A DNA stretch of 64,000 nucleotides from Clostridia bacterium (lineage in GTDB: Bacteria; Bacillota; Clostridia; Christensenellales; Borkfalkiaceae). Below are positions 9,017 through 19,758 of this stretch, in pieces; position 1 is the stretch's first letter, and each line of letters begins with the position of its first letter. The notes beneath the pieces were generated by a model, which was not told the origin of the DNA, did no database searches, and was given only the letters and a program-made list of their open reading frames with translations. A program made the translations under genes and the position numbers. The DNA lies in contig JAFVQT010000036.1 of assembly GCA_017504655.1 (NCBI GenBank), forward strand, positions 33,062-97,061, given 5' to 3'.

Positions 9017-11344
9017 ATGTCGATAGATAATATTAAAGATATAGATAACGGCGAAGAAAAGATTATGCCCGAGGAAGAGGTAAATCTTGAAAAGGACAGC
9101 TCTTTGCCTGAGGATAATCAGGAGATTTCCTCTGCAGAGCAAGCCTTTGACGAAGATTATCCGACAAAAGAGGATGAAAAGCCTATTGAGGACGGGGATC
9201 TAAAAACGCCTTCTGAAGAAAATAAAGAGCCTGCAAAGGACAAAAAGAATAAGAAAAAGCGTAAAAAGCTGATTATTATAATAGCTGTTGCTCTTTGCCT
9301 TATTTCGGCTGCGGCAGGGCTTTTGATATGGCTACTTCAGCCAAAGGAGCCTGAGCCGAACGTTTCTGCAGTGCCTGACGTTGAAATACACGAGGTTGCG
9401 GGCACATTGCATAAGGTAAACGTCAGCGAGGGCAGTACTCCTTTTGTAACAAACGGAGTGTCGGAGTATAAAATATACGTAGACCTATCTAACCCTGCGT
9501 TAAGTCAGGCTATAAACAAATCCGCAGTATTTGTAAAAGAGCAAATTTATAACGCTACGGGTGCAGAGCTTGAGATTGAATCTTCAATAGACGGATTAAC
9601 CTCAAGCAGTCGTGCTATAGTTTACGGCTTCAGAAATCAATTTCAAGACTTAGGGCTTTCGATGCCGACCGACGATATTGCAACGAGCGGTTATTACATT
9701 AAGACTAAAGGAAGCGTCGTATTTATTGAGGCGAACGGAGGCGACGGTTACAGAATGGGCGGGCTTGCCTTTTTAAGAGAGGTGCTCGGCTACAATATGA
9801 TCAGCGAGGACTGCATCGTATACTCAAAGGATGCAAAAACCATGCCAAACATGGATATAGTGGAAAGACCCGACTTTGACTACAGACAGATATCTAACTA
9901 TTACTCAAGCATAGAGTCGTACGGAATGGGAATGCATACGCACAGCGATATCTGGATTCCTATAAACGGTTGGGATATGCACAACTCGCTGTACTATATT
10001 CCTCCCGAGCTTTATAAGGACGCGCATCCCGATTGGTACAGATCGGACTTTGCTCAGCCATGCTATACTGCACACGGCAATAAAGCAGAATACGACTTGC
10101 TTGTAGAAACGGTATTTCAGGTAGTAAAAACCAGAATGCAGGAATGTCCTACTCTTGAAAACATTTCGTTTACGGCGATGGACGGAACGGGACAGGATTC
10201 GTGTTGGTGTGACAGCTGTCTATTATACAAGGAGCTTTACGGAACTCCCGCCGCCGCATGTATATACTTTATGAACGACTTGAATAAGCTTGTTCAGGAT
10301 TATATAGATCAGAACGAGCCGGGAAGAGTAATGAACTTAGTATTCTTTGCTTATCACGATTCAGAGCCTGCGCCTGTTGAAAGAAACAAATATACAGATT
10401 CTAACGGAAAGGTAATTTGGGCTGATCCTATCAAGGATGGAAACGGAAATTACATGCCACTTAAAAAATATGCGCGCGGTGAAGACGGTAAGTTTTTAAC
10501 CGACTCAAACGGCAATTATGTTTACGAGAGAGATGAAAACGGAAATTTCGTATACTTAACGTGCGACGACCACGTGTATCCGTGGCTCGCACCAATCTAC
10601 TCTAAGTTTACCTCGTCTTTTTATGACGAAGAAAACAAATCGTATGCAGAAAACGTTGCTCTTTGGTATACGGTAAGCTCTAACGTTTACCTTTGGATTT
10701 ACGGAACAAACTTCAAGTATTATTTGTATCCGTACAATAACTGGAGCTGTATGGTAGAAACCTACCGCTACTTAAAGGAGTGCGGTGTAAAATACGTTTG
10801 GGACCAGGGTCAGGAAAGAAATCAGTCGACCTCGTTTACAGACTTAAAGGACTATATAGATTCTAAGGCTCTGTTTAACGTGAACGTAGATTATAACCAA
10901 GTAATAGACGATTATTTCAATTATTATTACTTAGAGGCCTCCGAGCCTATGAGAAATATGTTCGAGCTTATCCAAGCGAGAAGTGCATATTTAGAAGAAA
11001 ATATTCCTACCATATCGGGCGGTATATACGACGATATAGGCAATGCGGAGTATTGGCCAAGAGTATTGCTTGAGGAAATGTTGACCATGATTAACGAAGC
11101 TTATTCTGCGATTGAAAAGTACAAGACGGCTGATCCGGAGCTTTATGAAAGCTTAGTTAAGAGAATAAAGAAGGAGAGTATTTTCCCAAGATACGTAATT
11201 TGTATGTATTACGGTGAGTACTACGCAAACATCCACGAGATGAGGGCAAGCTTCAGAGATGATTGGAACGAGCTTGGATTCTCGGTTTACAAGGAAACAA
11301 ACGGTGATATGCAATCTGTATTCTCAAACGAGTGGGGATTATAA
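9017..11344 (+). CDS. Type-II membrane protein: acidic cytoplasmic N-terminus, one TM helix, and an extracellular putative glycoside-hydrolase-like domain paralogous to the C-terminus of the 11528..16744 protein.
   Basis: The TM segment is LIIIIAVALCLISAAAGLLIWLL. The downstream domain (SEYKIYVDLSN...YRMGGLAFLREVLGYNMISEDCIVY...MGMHTHSDIWIP...WDMHNSLYY...DSCWCDSCLLY...LWIYGTNFKYYLYPYNNW) aligns by eye with residues about 1150-1741 of the next giant protein. Confidence 0.6.
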   Translation: MSIDNIKDIDNGEEKIMPEEEVNLEKDSSLPEDNQEISSAEQAFDEDYPTKEDEKPIEDGDLKTPSEENKEPAKDKKNKKKRKKLIIIIAVALCLISAAAGLLIWLLQPKEPEPNVSAVPDVEIHEVAGTLHKVNVSEGSTPFVTNGVSEYKIYVDLSNPALSQAINKSAVFVKEQIYNATGAELEIESSIDGLTSSSRAIVYGFRNQFQDLGLSMPTDDIATSGYYIKTKGSVVFIEANGGDGYRMGGLAFLREVLGYNMISEDCIVYSKDAKTMPNMDIVERPDFDYRQISNYYSSIESYGMGMHTHSDIWIPINGWDMHNSLYYIPPELYKDAHPDWYRSDFAQPCYTAHGNKAEYDLLVETVFQVVKTRMQECPTLENISFTAMDGTGQDSCWCDSCLLYKELYGTPAAACIYFMNDLNKLVQDYIDQNEPGRVMNLVFFAYHDSEPAPVERNKYTDSNGKVIWADPIKDGNGNYMPLKKYARGEDGKFLTDSNGNYVYERDENGNFVYLTCDDHVYPWLAPIYSKFTSSFYDEENKSYAENVALWYTVSSNVYLWIYGTNFKYYLYPYNNWSCMVETYRYLKECGVKYVWDQGQERNQSTSFTDLKDYIDSKALFNVNVDYNQVIDDYFNYYYLEASEPMRNMFELIQARSAYLEENIPTISGGIYDDIGNAEYWPRVLLEEMLTMINEAYSAIEKYKTADPELYESLVKRIKKESIFPRYVICMYYGEYYANIHEMRASFRDDWNELGFSVYKETNGDMQSVFSNEWGL

Positions 11345-11527
11345 AACGTCAGTATATGATATTAAATAGAAAAGGAGAAATGTTTGAGTATGAAAGAATA
11401 TGAAAGACCCTTTTTAAGCTTGTTTCTTTTTGAAAACAGCACAATCTTTTTAGCGGCATCTAAGGACGTTGAAAATGACAACGACTTCAGCGATCAAGAA
11501 AACTGGTTTGATTAAGAGGTGAAAAAA

Positions 11528-14500
11528 ATGATTAAAAGTTCTACTAAAAAAAGTTTTATCGTTGTATTGCTTTTATGTCTTTGCTTGTCTTTAACGGCAT
11601 TTTCATTTACGAATTTAGCAAGTAAAAAGGCAACCGCAACTCAGCAGGCATGGCAAACGGAAGGTGTTTTTGCAATGGAAGACGGCGTTGCATTAAAGCT
11701 CAGCAACGCAGGCGGTCTCAGATTCCGCGTAAAGATGGACGAGTCTGTAAAATCCTTCTTAGACAGTAATGCAGATGCAGAACTCGGCTTTATATTTGCT
11801 CCCGAGGAGTTAATGCTTGCAGCTAACGGCGACTACCTCGGTATGTCAAAAAAAGTATGCGGTGCAGTTGATAAGGGCAAGATTTACAAGGAAGGTGACT
11901 ATTATTTTGCTAACGGTTGTATTACCAACATTGGCGAAAATAACAGAGAATTCGATTTTGTTTCAATCGCTTACATAAAGGTGGGCGAAACCGTCCGTTA
12001 CACTCCGTATAACGACTATGCAAGAAACAGCTTTTACGATACCGTTAACTTAGCGGTTGTAAACGGCTGCGGTGAGGACGTTTTTGCATATAACGGATAT
12101 AGCGATTGGTACGGCTCAAACGTGTTCCCAATCGTAGTAGATACCGATGCAGAGTACGATACTGTTGCTGATTTAATCAATAACAGCACACACGATTTAA
12201 CTGGAAAAATCGTTATAGTTGAAGACGGTGCGACTACAAGCAAAGACGTTGACGAGTCAAAGGCTCCTGCAATTATGAGCCGTGAGCTTTTCGAGGTCAG
12301 CGAAGCAATTTCCGTTCTTCCCGACTCGGTTACTATGCCTGACGGCATTGGTAAAATAAGAGAAATACGCCGTGTAGAAGCCTTATACAATGCGCTCAGT
12401 CAATCAGATAAAGACGCGCTTGCAGATGATAAATACAGCAAGTACAGCGGTCTTTTAAGCGCAATCGACGGATACAATATCGTTTATAAGAACGAGGCAA
12501 CGGACGGTACGGTTATACCTTCACACGTACCTAACTATACTTCTGCTGTAGGCGGTACTGCAGCTACGAGAGAGGACGAGTTATACGGAAACGTTTTAAC
12601 CGTAACCTCTGATGCAAGCGGTAAGGCTGCGCTTCACTACACGAATTTCCCTTCAGTAGGAAAATATTCAAAGATTTATTTTTACGTAAAAACGAGCGTT
12701 TCATGTGACCTCTATCTTTCAGACGGTATTACAAACGACGGCTGGGGTGAAAATTGGAAAAACACCTGGAGCGTAAGCGGTTTTTGGTGTAATGCAAACA
12801 CCTGGAGATTAGTTGAAATCGACGTTTCCTCGGGCTACGTCGGAACAAACTTTGCTCTTGGATTCAGAACAGAAACAACTGGCTTTACCTTTGAAATCAG
12901 TGATATATACGGAAAGCTTACCGGTGCTGTCGCTACCGGCTTGACCTTCGGTAATTTCACGGATAGCGGTACGACAAACGAAAACGGTAAGGTTTATAAC
13001 TTCACTCAAGGCTGGTCGAGCGCGACCGATATGGGTGCATTTAATCCGGGAGCATTAAAGGGTGCGCTTCTCAGCGGTTACGACTGCTTGTATTTCTATA
13101 TTTACAACCCACAGGATACCGCAGTTGATTTCAGATTTACAGGGGATATGAACTCTTGGAATGCAACGGGTGAGCATTTAACTAACTTATCTGCAAAGAC
13201 CTGGACTAAGGTCGTAGTTACTCCTACTATAATTCAGCAGGGCGATAGCGGTACGTGGTTCGTGTCAGTTTCGTCGGGCGCAAACGTAAGCGGTTGGCAG
13301 ATTTCTGCTATATTTGCCGATTCGTATGGCGGAAATGCGTTCACCGATCACGGTGACGTTAAAGAGGTTATTAACCTTATTAATTCGTTGCCTGCAAGCG
13401 TAACCTTAAGCAACGAGGATTTAGTTAAGTCTATCCGTCAAGCTTACGACAAGCTTGCTTACGATCAGCAGTCACAGGTAACGAACTACACCGCGTTACA
13501 GTCTGCAGAGCAAAGAATCGTTGACTATAAAAAGGCAAACGACGTTATAGCAATGATCAATGCTATCAACTCTATTGCAGACGAAAGCTTGGTAACGGGT
13601 GCGCGCAATGCATATAACGCATTGACAAATGCTCAGAAGGAGCTCGTTACTAACCTTGACAAATTGGTTGATTTTGAAAATCAAATTGCAAACGAAAACA
13701 ATGTACAGGCTCAAGCTGATAACGTTATAGGCTTAATTAACAATCTTCCTGACTCGGTAGTAATGCCCGACCATCTCGTATTCGTAACGAGAATAGAAAA
13801 GGCAAGAGATGCGTATAATGCGTTGTCAGAGGATGCAAAGACGAGGGTTACAAATTACGGAAAGCTCCGTACCTTAGTAAATGCTATTAAGGGATACGAA
13901 ACGGCACAGATTGTTTCGCCTGAAACAGTAACCGTCGTTCCTTCACACGTTCCTAACTATACATCTACCGTTGGCGGAACGGCAGTAATAGGCTATGACG
14001 CATATTACGGTGATTACTTAAGAGTAACGCCAAATTCGGGCGGAAAGGTTGCTATTCAGTTTAACAGCTTCCCAGATGCCGAGCAATACACAAAGATTTA
14101 CTTTAATATCAGAGTAGTAGGTGATTCCTGTGACATCTATCTTTCAGACGGTATAACCAACGACGGTTGGGGTGAGAATTGGAAAAACACTTGGTCTATG
14201 AGCGGTTTCTGGACCAATAACGGCAACTGGATACAAAAAGAGGTAGACGTTTCAACCGGAATATTCAGTTATAATTGGGCGTTAGGTCTCAGAACTAACA
14301 CGGCGGGCGTTTACTTTGAAATAACCAACATAGTCGGCGTTAAGCCTGACCTCGGTGAGGTAACGGGCGCAACCTTCGGTAACTTCACCGATAGCGGTAC
14401 GGTAAACGCATACGGAACTGTTTACAATTTTACACAGGGTTGGCCCAGTGATAGTGACTTAGGCGCATTTAACCCCGGTGTTTTAATCAGCTCGCTTAAC

Positions 14501-16744
14501 GAGGGTCACGACAGCTTACGTTTCTATATATATAATCCTAACGAATCGGCTGTTGATTTCTACGTTAACCAAAATGAAACATGGACTCAAACTACGCTTG
14601 CTACATTAACTGCTAAAGCTTGGACTGAGGTAATAATTCCGTCAGATATTATTGAGATAAGCAATACCTACCTATACTATATGTGCGTAACGTCAGGTGC
14701 AAGCACAAGCGGATGGCAAATTTCGCCAATATATTCATTCTCAAGCAGTGACGTTGTAGGCAAGGTTCAGGCAAGAATCGACGCTCTTGATTCAAATAAT
14801 CCTAACGATACGGCTATTGAGCTTGTGCGTGATATGTACGAGGAGCTTACGGTTAATGAAAAAGCACTTGTTGATGTAACGAACCTCGTAGCCTGCGAAG
14901 CATTGATTTATGAAAACAATTCAAGCTTTGAGTTTGTAGCGGGCTCTGAATCTAAATTTAAGATTTATGCTGAAAACTCTTATAAAGCGGTTGCGGAATT
15001 TGTAAAGACGCATATCGAAAACGCTACGGGCGCAACCTTAGAAATAATTTATACAAAGCCCGGTCAGATTACCGATTACTGCTATGCTATAGTAATTGGA
15101 TATCAGGATTTATTCGAGGGTAAATACGGTGCGCTCAGCGGATATAATTTAGGTCGTGCAGGCTACGCTGTCAAGTCTACCGGCAGAGCGGTATTTATCT
15201 GCGCAAACAGTGTAGACGGATGCCGTATGGGTGCTTTAGCCTTCCTCGGTGAGGTCGTTGGCTACGACATGCTTTCTGATGATTGTATAGTTTACGCTAA
15301 AGACGGAAGCGTGGTAACAAAGGGTTTAAATATCGTTGGAAGACCTTTCGATTACCGTCAGCAGCAAACGAAAATGTCTGAGAGCGAAGTATACGGTATG
15401 GGTTTACAGTCACATACTGATTTGTGGATAGCTTCAGAGCAGGGTTGGGATATGCACAACTCGTTGCATTATCTTCCTGAATCAGCTTACAGATCTGCTC
15501 ACCCGTCTTGGTATTACGATTATACCGATTCAGACGGAACTGCAAGAACTCAGATTTGTCCTACTGCAGGCGGTAGCTCGGCTGAATTTGACGCTATGAC
15601 GACTCAAATTGCAAACGCAATGGTTGCAAGAATAAACGCTTACCCAACCATAGAGAACATAAGCTTCTCTATTATGGATACTGCAGATAACGACGACTGT
15701 AGCTGTACGCGTTGTAAGTTGTACGACACGTTATACGGCGAGGGCGGATTTGCAGCTGCATGGATTGACCTTATGAACGCTGTAAATGCAAAGGTTCGCG
15801 AGCAGATATCAAGCAATAGAGTAATAAATATCGCATTCCTTGCATACAGAGGAACGGAAAAGGCTCCTGCAAGCATCGACGGTAGCGGTAACGTAACTCT
15901 TATGAAGCGTTATGAGATTAACGACAACGGTACGTATACTCAGACAAGCGAGGACTTAAAGTGTGACGAGGGTGTAACCGTATGGCTTGCTCCTATCAAC
16001 GGACTTTATGCAGAAAACTTGAATTACAGCGGTAATGCAACAACCCTTGCAACCGTTAAAAAGTGGTGCGCGCTTTCCGACAGCGTATTCCTGTGGCTCT
16101 ACGGTACTAACTTCAAGTACTATATGTATCCGTACAATACTTGGCAGGCATCTGCAGAAAACTATAAGATTTTATACGACTTAGGCGTTAAGGGTGTATG
16201 GAGTCAAAGCAATGAAACAGAGGCTACTGCGTTCAGCGACTTAAAGTCTTATATCGACTCAAAGTTTATGGCTAACGTAAATGCAGATTACGAAACGGTA
16301 TTAGACGAGTACTTTGCAAGATACTTCGGACCTGCAGGCGACAAGATGCGTGAAATATTCGATTATATCGTAAACAGATGTAACGCAATTGAAAGCGAAA
16401 AAGGCGTAGGTTACGGTATTTACGACGAGCTTGAGTATACCAAGGGATGGCTTGTTAAGACTACCTATTCTTATTGGACTGAGGACGAATTGAACAGCTT
16501 GGTAACTAAGTGCAACGAGGCAAAGGCATTAGTAAACAGCAGTTCACTTACCGATGCAGAGAAGACTGCAATTATAAACAGAATTACTAAGGAAAGTCTT
16601 TTCCCAAGATACGTTCTTTGTTCCGTTTACAAAAATAGCGGTGACCGCGCTCAATTTGCAGCAGATTGCAGAGCTTTTGGCTTTACCTTATATAGAGAGG
16701 CCAATGGAGATCTTGAAGAATTATTCAAAGATTGGAACGTTTAA
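11528..16744 (+). CDS. Giant (about 1740 aa) secreted multidomain protein. It has two tandem copies of an ~470-aa binding-like module, several ~40-aa helical NLPDSV(T/V)MPD motifs, and a C-terminal hydrolase-like domain shared with 9017..11344.
   Basis: A signal peptide is present. An ATG at 11528 with an AAGAGG RBS 8 nt upstream is a more plausible start than the GTG at 11519 in the ORF track. The module repeat (VIPSHVPNYTSAVGGTA...YLSDGITNDGWGENWKNTWS...GFRT...) occurs at about nt 12490-13330 and again at 13920-14760. Confidence 0.7.
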   Translation: MIKSSTKKSFIVVLLLCLCLSLTAFSFTNLASKKATATQQAWQTEGVFAMEDGVALKLSNAGGLRFRVKMDESVKSFLDSNADAELGFIFAPEELMLAANGDYLGMSKKVCGAVDKGKIYKEGDYYFANGCITNIGENNREFDFVSIAYIKVGETVRYTPYNDYARNSFYDTVNLAVVNGCGEDVFAYNGYSDWYGSNVFPIVVDTDAEYDTVADLINNSTHDLTGKIVIVEDGATTSKDVDESKAPAIMSRELFEVSEAISVLPDSVTMPDGIGKIREIRRVEALYNALSQSDKDALADDKYSKYSGLLSAIDGYNIVYKNEATDGTVIPSHVPNYTSAVGGTAATREDELYGNVLTVTSDASGKAALHYTNFPSVGKYSKIYFYVKTSVSCDLYLSDGITNDGWGENWKNTWSVSGFWCNANTWRLVEIDVSSGYVGTNFALGFRTETTGFTFEISDIYGKLTGAVATGLTFGNFTDSGTTNENGKVYNFTQGWSSATDMGAFNPGALKGALLSGYDCLYFYIYNPQDTAVDFRFTGDMNSWNATGEHLTNLSAKTWTKVVVTPTIIQQGDSGTWFVSVSSGANVSGWQISAIFADSYGGNAFTDHGDVKEVINLINSLPASVTLSNEDLVKSIRQAYDKLAYDQQSQVTNYTALQSAEQRIVDYKKANDVIAMINAINSIADESLVTGARNAYNALTNAQKELVTNLDKLVDFENQIANENNVQAQADNVIGLINNLPDSVVMPDHLVFVTRIEKARDAYNALSEDAKTRVTNYGKLRTLVNAIKGYETAQIVSPETVTVVPSHVPNYTSTVGGTAVIGYDAYYGDYLRVTPNSGGKVAIQFNSFPDAEQYTKIYFNIRVVGDSCDIYLSDGITNDGWGENWKNTWSMSGFWTNNGNWIQKEVDVSTGIFSYNWALGLRTNTAGVYFEITNIVGVKPDLGEVTGATFGNFTDSGTVNAYGTVYNFTQGWPSDSDLGAFNPGVLISSLNEGHDSLRFYIYNPNESAVDFYVNQNETWTQTTLATLTAKAWTEVIIPSDIIEISNTYLYYMCVTSGASTSGWQISPIYSFSSSDVVGKVQARIDALDSNNPNDTAIELVRDMYEELTVNEKALVDVTNLVACEALIYENNSSFEFVAGSESKFKIYAENSYKAVAEFVKTHIENATGATLEIIYTKPGQITDYCYAIVIGYQDLFEGKYGALSGYNLGRAGYAVKSTGRAVFICANSVDGCRMGALAFLGEVVGYDMLSDDCIVYAKDGSVVTKGLNIVGRPFDYRQQQTKMSESEVYGMGLQSHTDLWIASEQGWDMHNSLHYLPESAYRSAHPSWYYDYTDSDGTARTQICPTAGGSSAEFDAMTTQIANAMVARINAYPTIENISFSIMDTADNDDCSCTRCKLYDTLYGEGGFAAAWIDLMNAVNAKVREQISSNRVINIAFLAYRGTEKAPASIDGSGNVTLMKRYEINDNGTYTQTSEDLKCDEGVTVWLAPINGLYAENLNYSGNATTLATVKKWCALSDSVFLWLYGTNFKYYMYPYNTWQASAENYKILYDLGVKGVWSQSNETEATAFSDLKSYIDSKFMANVNADYETVLDEYFARYFGPAGDKMREIFDYIVNRCNAIESEKGVGYGIYDELEYTKGWLVKTTYSYWTEDELNSLVTKCNEAKALVNSSSLTDAEKTAIINRITKESLFPRYVLCSVYKNSGDRAQFAADCRAFGFTLYREANGDLEELFKDWNV

Positions 16745-16760
16745 GATAATATTAACAATC

Positions 16761-16796
16761 CTTACGGGTACTGTAAAGCACAGTCACCCGTAAGGT
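16761..16796 (+). terminator. Stem-loop (10-bp stem ccttacgggt/acccgtaagg with an inner actgt/acagt stem) after the giant gene. It lacks a U-tract.
   Basis: The palindrome is read from the sequence. No T-run follows, so terminator function is uncertain. Confidence 0.3.
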
Positions 16797-16829
16797 GCTA
16801 AACCACGATATACATCAAAAGAGGTTTAA

Positions 16830-19739
16830 ATGAAAATTAAGTGTTTAATTCTACTATTGATTATTTCCGTTTTGTGTGCGGTCGGCTTGTCTTGTAAAAA
16901 CGGCGAGTCAACGAGCACCTCGGAATCCGTTTCTGCGGTAGAGTCGATAACAGAAGCTGAAATTCCCGATATAGTCATAAATCAAAGCGACGTCGTTATA
17001 GGGGTTGGCGATACGTTTATATTGACGGCCAACGCGGATAACATAGAGGGCGCAAGCTTTTCTTGGGCGATTGACGGTGAATCTCTGACTGACGTCGTTT
17101 CTTTAACACAAACGGGAAATAATGCAACTGTAGTTGGTGTAAAGGTTGGACAGACAAGGCTTGTTGCGTCTATTGCGGTTGGCGGAACGACTTATTATAA
17201 AAGCGTTACCGTAACCGTAAGGTATACGGGCTCTGTCGTGCTTATGCTCAGCGATAACGTCGGCTTTAACGACGATGGCTATTTCGTGCGTTTGTCTACG
17301 CTCGGTGTGGCAGAGCATAAAACCTCAATAGTGCCTATAGTAACTGCTTATAAGGGCAGTCAGATAGTGTCTACGGGCACGATTACATGGACTGCATCTG
17401 AGAGCGGTATAGTGCAGATAAACGGCAACGAGTTTTCTTCCTTGGGCGAAGGTGTTGCGGTTGTTACCGGCTCTTGCGTTATTGAAGGGGTAAGCTACAG
17501 TGTAGACGTGACGGTAGAGGTTTACAGACCTACAATAGAAATAGACGAGCATTTTGAAATTGAGATTGAGGCTATAGAGGAGCTTAACGTAACCTCTACT
17601 ATTCTCGGTATTTCAAGAGAAGTGCTGTATAACGGTGAAACGGTTGGCGTATACGACTCTCAAAGCAAAGCGATTACGTTAAACAGGGGCAGCTTCCCCA
17701 AAACGGCTTCAAGTCTTGGCGAGGATAGGGTTATGTCTATAGAAACCAATCTTGCAAGCTATGAGTTCAGCGTTGACGTTTATACCAAAATAATAAAAAC
17801 TAAAGCCGATTTAGAAAATATGGCAGTCCTTTCCAAGGCATGCTCACAGGATCCTGCCATTTGGGACGGATATTTCGTTCTGGGTGCAGATATAGAGTAT
17901 GGCGGATTATTCCAATCAAGGCTTGCTGATATATCTTCACTTTGGTCTGCTGTCGGAGGAAGCTGGTTTAACGGCTGTCTTTACGGATTTAAGGGAGTAT
18001 TAGACGGAAAGGGTCACGTTATTGACGGCTTAAAAATTGATAACGGCAACGAAATGGGTGCATTTTGCGGTGTGCTCCACGTAGACGGAGTAATAAAGAA
18101 TATCACGTTTACAAATGCTTCGGTATGCGCAAACAGCTCGCTTGTTTGCGGTGCGGGCGGTGGCACCGTAGAGAATATTTATATTGAATACGAGTCGCTC
18201 GGTAAAGGAACTCAACGCTACGAGGGCGACGGCTCAATCAACAACTATACGTCCTCATTCTTCGGCTATAAAGAGCCTACGTTAACTGCAAGTGTTTCAA
18301 ATTGCGTTATTGACGTTACAAATGCTCATTTAGACACGAATACCGCGTTAAAGGTTGTCGGTAGCGAATATGCGACTATCAAAAACGTATTCGTAATAGG
18401 CGGAACTCAAGACGTCAGAGATAAGTCTAATGCAACTATGGCATTCGGCTCGGTGGTTGAGTTTTTAGAAGATGCAAATGCGCAAAACCGTTATGCTAAG
18501 TTTGACGGTGCCTTCTGGTCTTTGACAGCAGGAGTTCCCGTTTCGTATCCTATATACGGAAAAATTTGCGACGGAAACGTCAGCTTTAATGAAGAGATAG
18601 CGTATTTAGCTCTTGGTACTCAATACAGATTTGACGTAGATAACGAGTACGCTATAGTTACTACAGATTGCAATGATATAACAATAAGAGGCGGTGTGGC
18701 AACTGTATCTGAATCAGCAACGGTTGGACAAACTGTAACAGTTACCGTAACGTCTGTATTCAATCCCGAAAAAACCGAATCATATATAGCAACGCTGATG
18801 TCGCTTGCTACCTCGTTTGAGGATTTAACGGCAGAAAGCACTACTGCATTTTACGATTTGACAGAGGGTAAGGTATATTTGGCAGAGCTTAGTCAAAAGA
18901 TTTCCGGAGATATCCTCTATTACGTAAACGACGATTTAACTGCTCCTACGTTTTCCTCCGGCGACGGAGAATCGGTTACGGTTTTAGGCGTTGCGCAGGA
19001 TAAGCTTTATAAGGTTACTTGCGAAAGCGTAACAAAGGTTATCGACAGTGCAGACGACCTGCATCACGTCCGCAGAGATTATACGGTAACGTCTTACAAC
19101 AACAGAGGATGCTACGACGGTGCAATTACAGGTAAGTTCGTGCTTATCAACGATATAGACTGTACAGGTCTTGTTTTAGAGGATTCGGGTACTTATTGGG
19201 AGAACTCAAGAGGCTTTGGCGGTATTTTTGACGGAAGAGGATATACTATATCAAATCTTTCGGTAAGCAAAAACGGATTGTTTGGAACACTTTCGTTCGC
19301 AACGGTTAAAAACGTCAATTTCGAAGGGGTCAGGCTGAAGGCAAATTCAGACGGCTCAGGCGCATACGTAGCTTTGTTTGCAAACAGTGTTTACAATACT
19401 ACGGTAGATAACGTCGACGTTCATTATGCTGAATACGTATACGTGGACGGCGGTAACGTAAGTTCAAGCAGCGGTCTTTTGTTCCACGAAAAGAGCTTTG
19501 ACAGCATATTTACTAACGTTACGCTTGATATTACAGACGTGTCAAACGTAGTATTCGTAACAGAATATTCTTACGGCTCAGACGTTCCTTACGGATCTGA
19601 TGAAAAGTCGGTTTACGACAACGTAAAGGTTGTGGTGGCAAATTCGTACGATCTTCCCGCATTTGCGTATAACGGTGACGACGAGGTTGAATATCCCGAC
19701 GGAGTTACGTTAGTTGATGACGAAGGAAATCCATTATAA
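16830..19739 (+). CDS. Secreted 969-aa surface protein with N-terminal Big_2-like Ig domains and two copies of a beta-helix-like domain carrying an F.G.FDG.GH.I.NL...GLFG motif.
   Basis: It has a signal peptide (MKIKCLILLLIISVLCAVGLSC). The motif appears in the windows GVLDGKGHVIDGLKI...GAFCG and GIFDGRGYTISNLSV..NGLFG. The same domain occurs in the 20436..23498 protein. Confidence 0.65.
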   Translation: MKIKCLILLLIISVLCAVGLSCKNGESTSTSESVSAVESITEAEIPDIVINQSDVVIGVGDTFILTANADNIEGASFSWAIDGESLTDVVSLTQTGNNATVVGVKVGQTRLVASIAVGGTTYYKSVTVTVRYTGSVVLMLSDNVGFNDDGYFVRLSTLGVAEHKTSIVPIVTAYKGSQIVSTGTITWTASESGIVQINGNEFSSLGEGVAVVTGSCVIEGVSYSVDVTVEVYRPTIEIDEHFEIEIEAIEELNVTSTILGISREVLYNGETVGVYDSQSKAITLNRGSFPKTASSLGEDRVMSIETNLASYEFSVDVYTKIIKTKADLENMAVLSKACSQDPAIWDGYFVLGADIEYGGLFQSRLADISSLWSAVGGSWFNGCLYGFKGVLDGKGHVIDGLKIDNGNEMGAFCGVLHVDGVIKNITFTNASVCANSSLVCGAGGGTVENIYIEYESLGKGTQRYEGDGSINNYTSSFFGYKEPTLTASVSNCVIDVTNAHLDTNTALKVVGSEYATIKNVFVIGGTQDVRDKSNATMAFGSVVEFLEDANAQNRYAKFDGAFWSLTAGVPVSYPIYGKICDGNVSFNEEIAYLALGTQYRFDVDNEYAIVTTDCNDITIRGGVATVSESATVGQTVTVTVTSVFNPEKTESYIATLMSLATSFEDLTAESTTAFYDLTEGKVYLAELSQKISGDILYYVNDDLTAPTFSSGDGESVTVLGVAQDKLYKVTCESVTKVIDSADDLHHVRRDYTVTSYNNRGCYDGAITGKFVLINDIDCTGLVLEDSGTYWENSRGFGGIFDGRGYTISNLSVSKNGLFGTLSFATVKNVNFEGVRLKANSDGSGAYVALFANSVYNTTVDNVDVHYAEYVYVDGGNVSSSSGLLFHEKSFDSIFTNVTLDITDVSNVVFVTEYSYGSDVPYGSDEKSVYDNVKVVVANSYDLPAFAYNGDDEVEYPDGVTLVDDEGNPL

Positions 19740-19758
19740 AGATAATACGGGGTGAAAC

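Noticed and set aside
12490-14760. The duplicated ~1.4-kb segments inside the giant gene as an insertion sequence or duplicated mobile DNA.
   Set aside because: Both copies are in frame within one continuous ORF and encode homologous protein modules at about 60% identity. They are internal domain duplications, not mobile elements.
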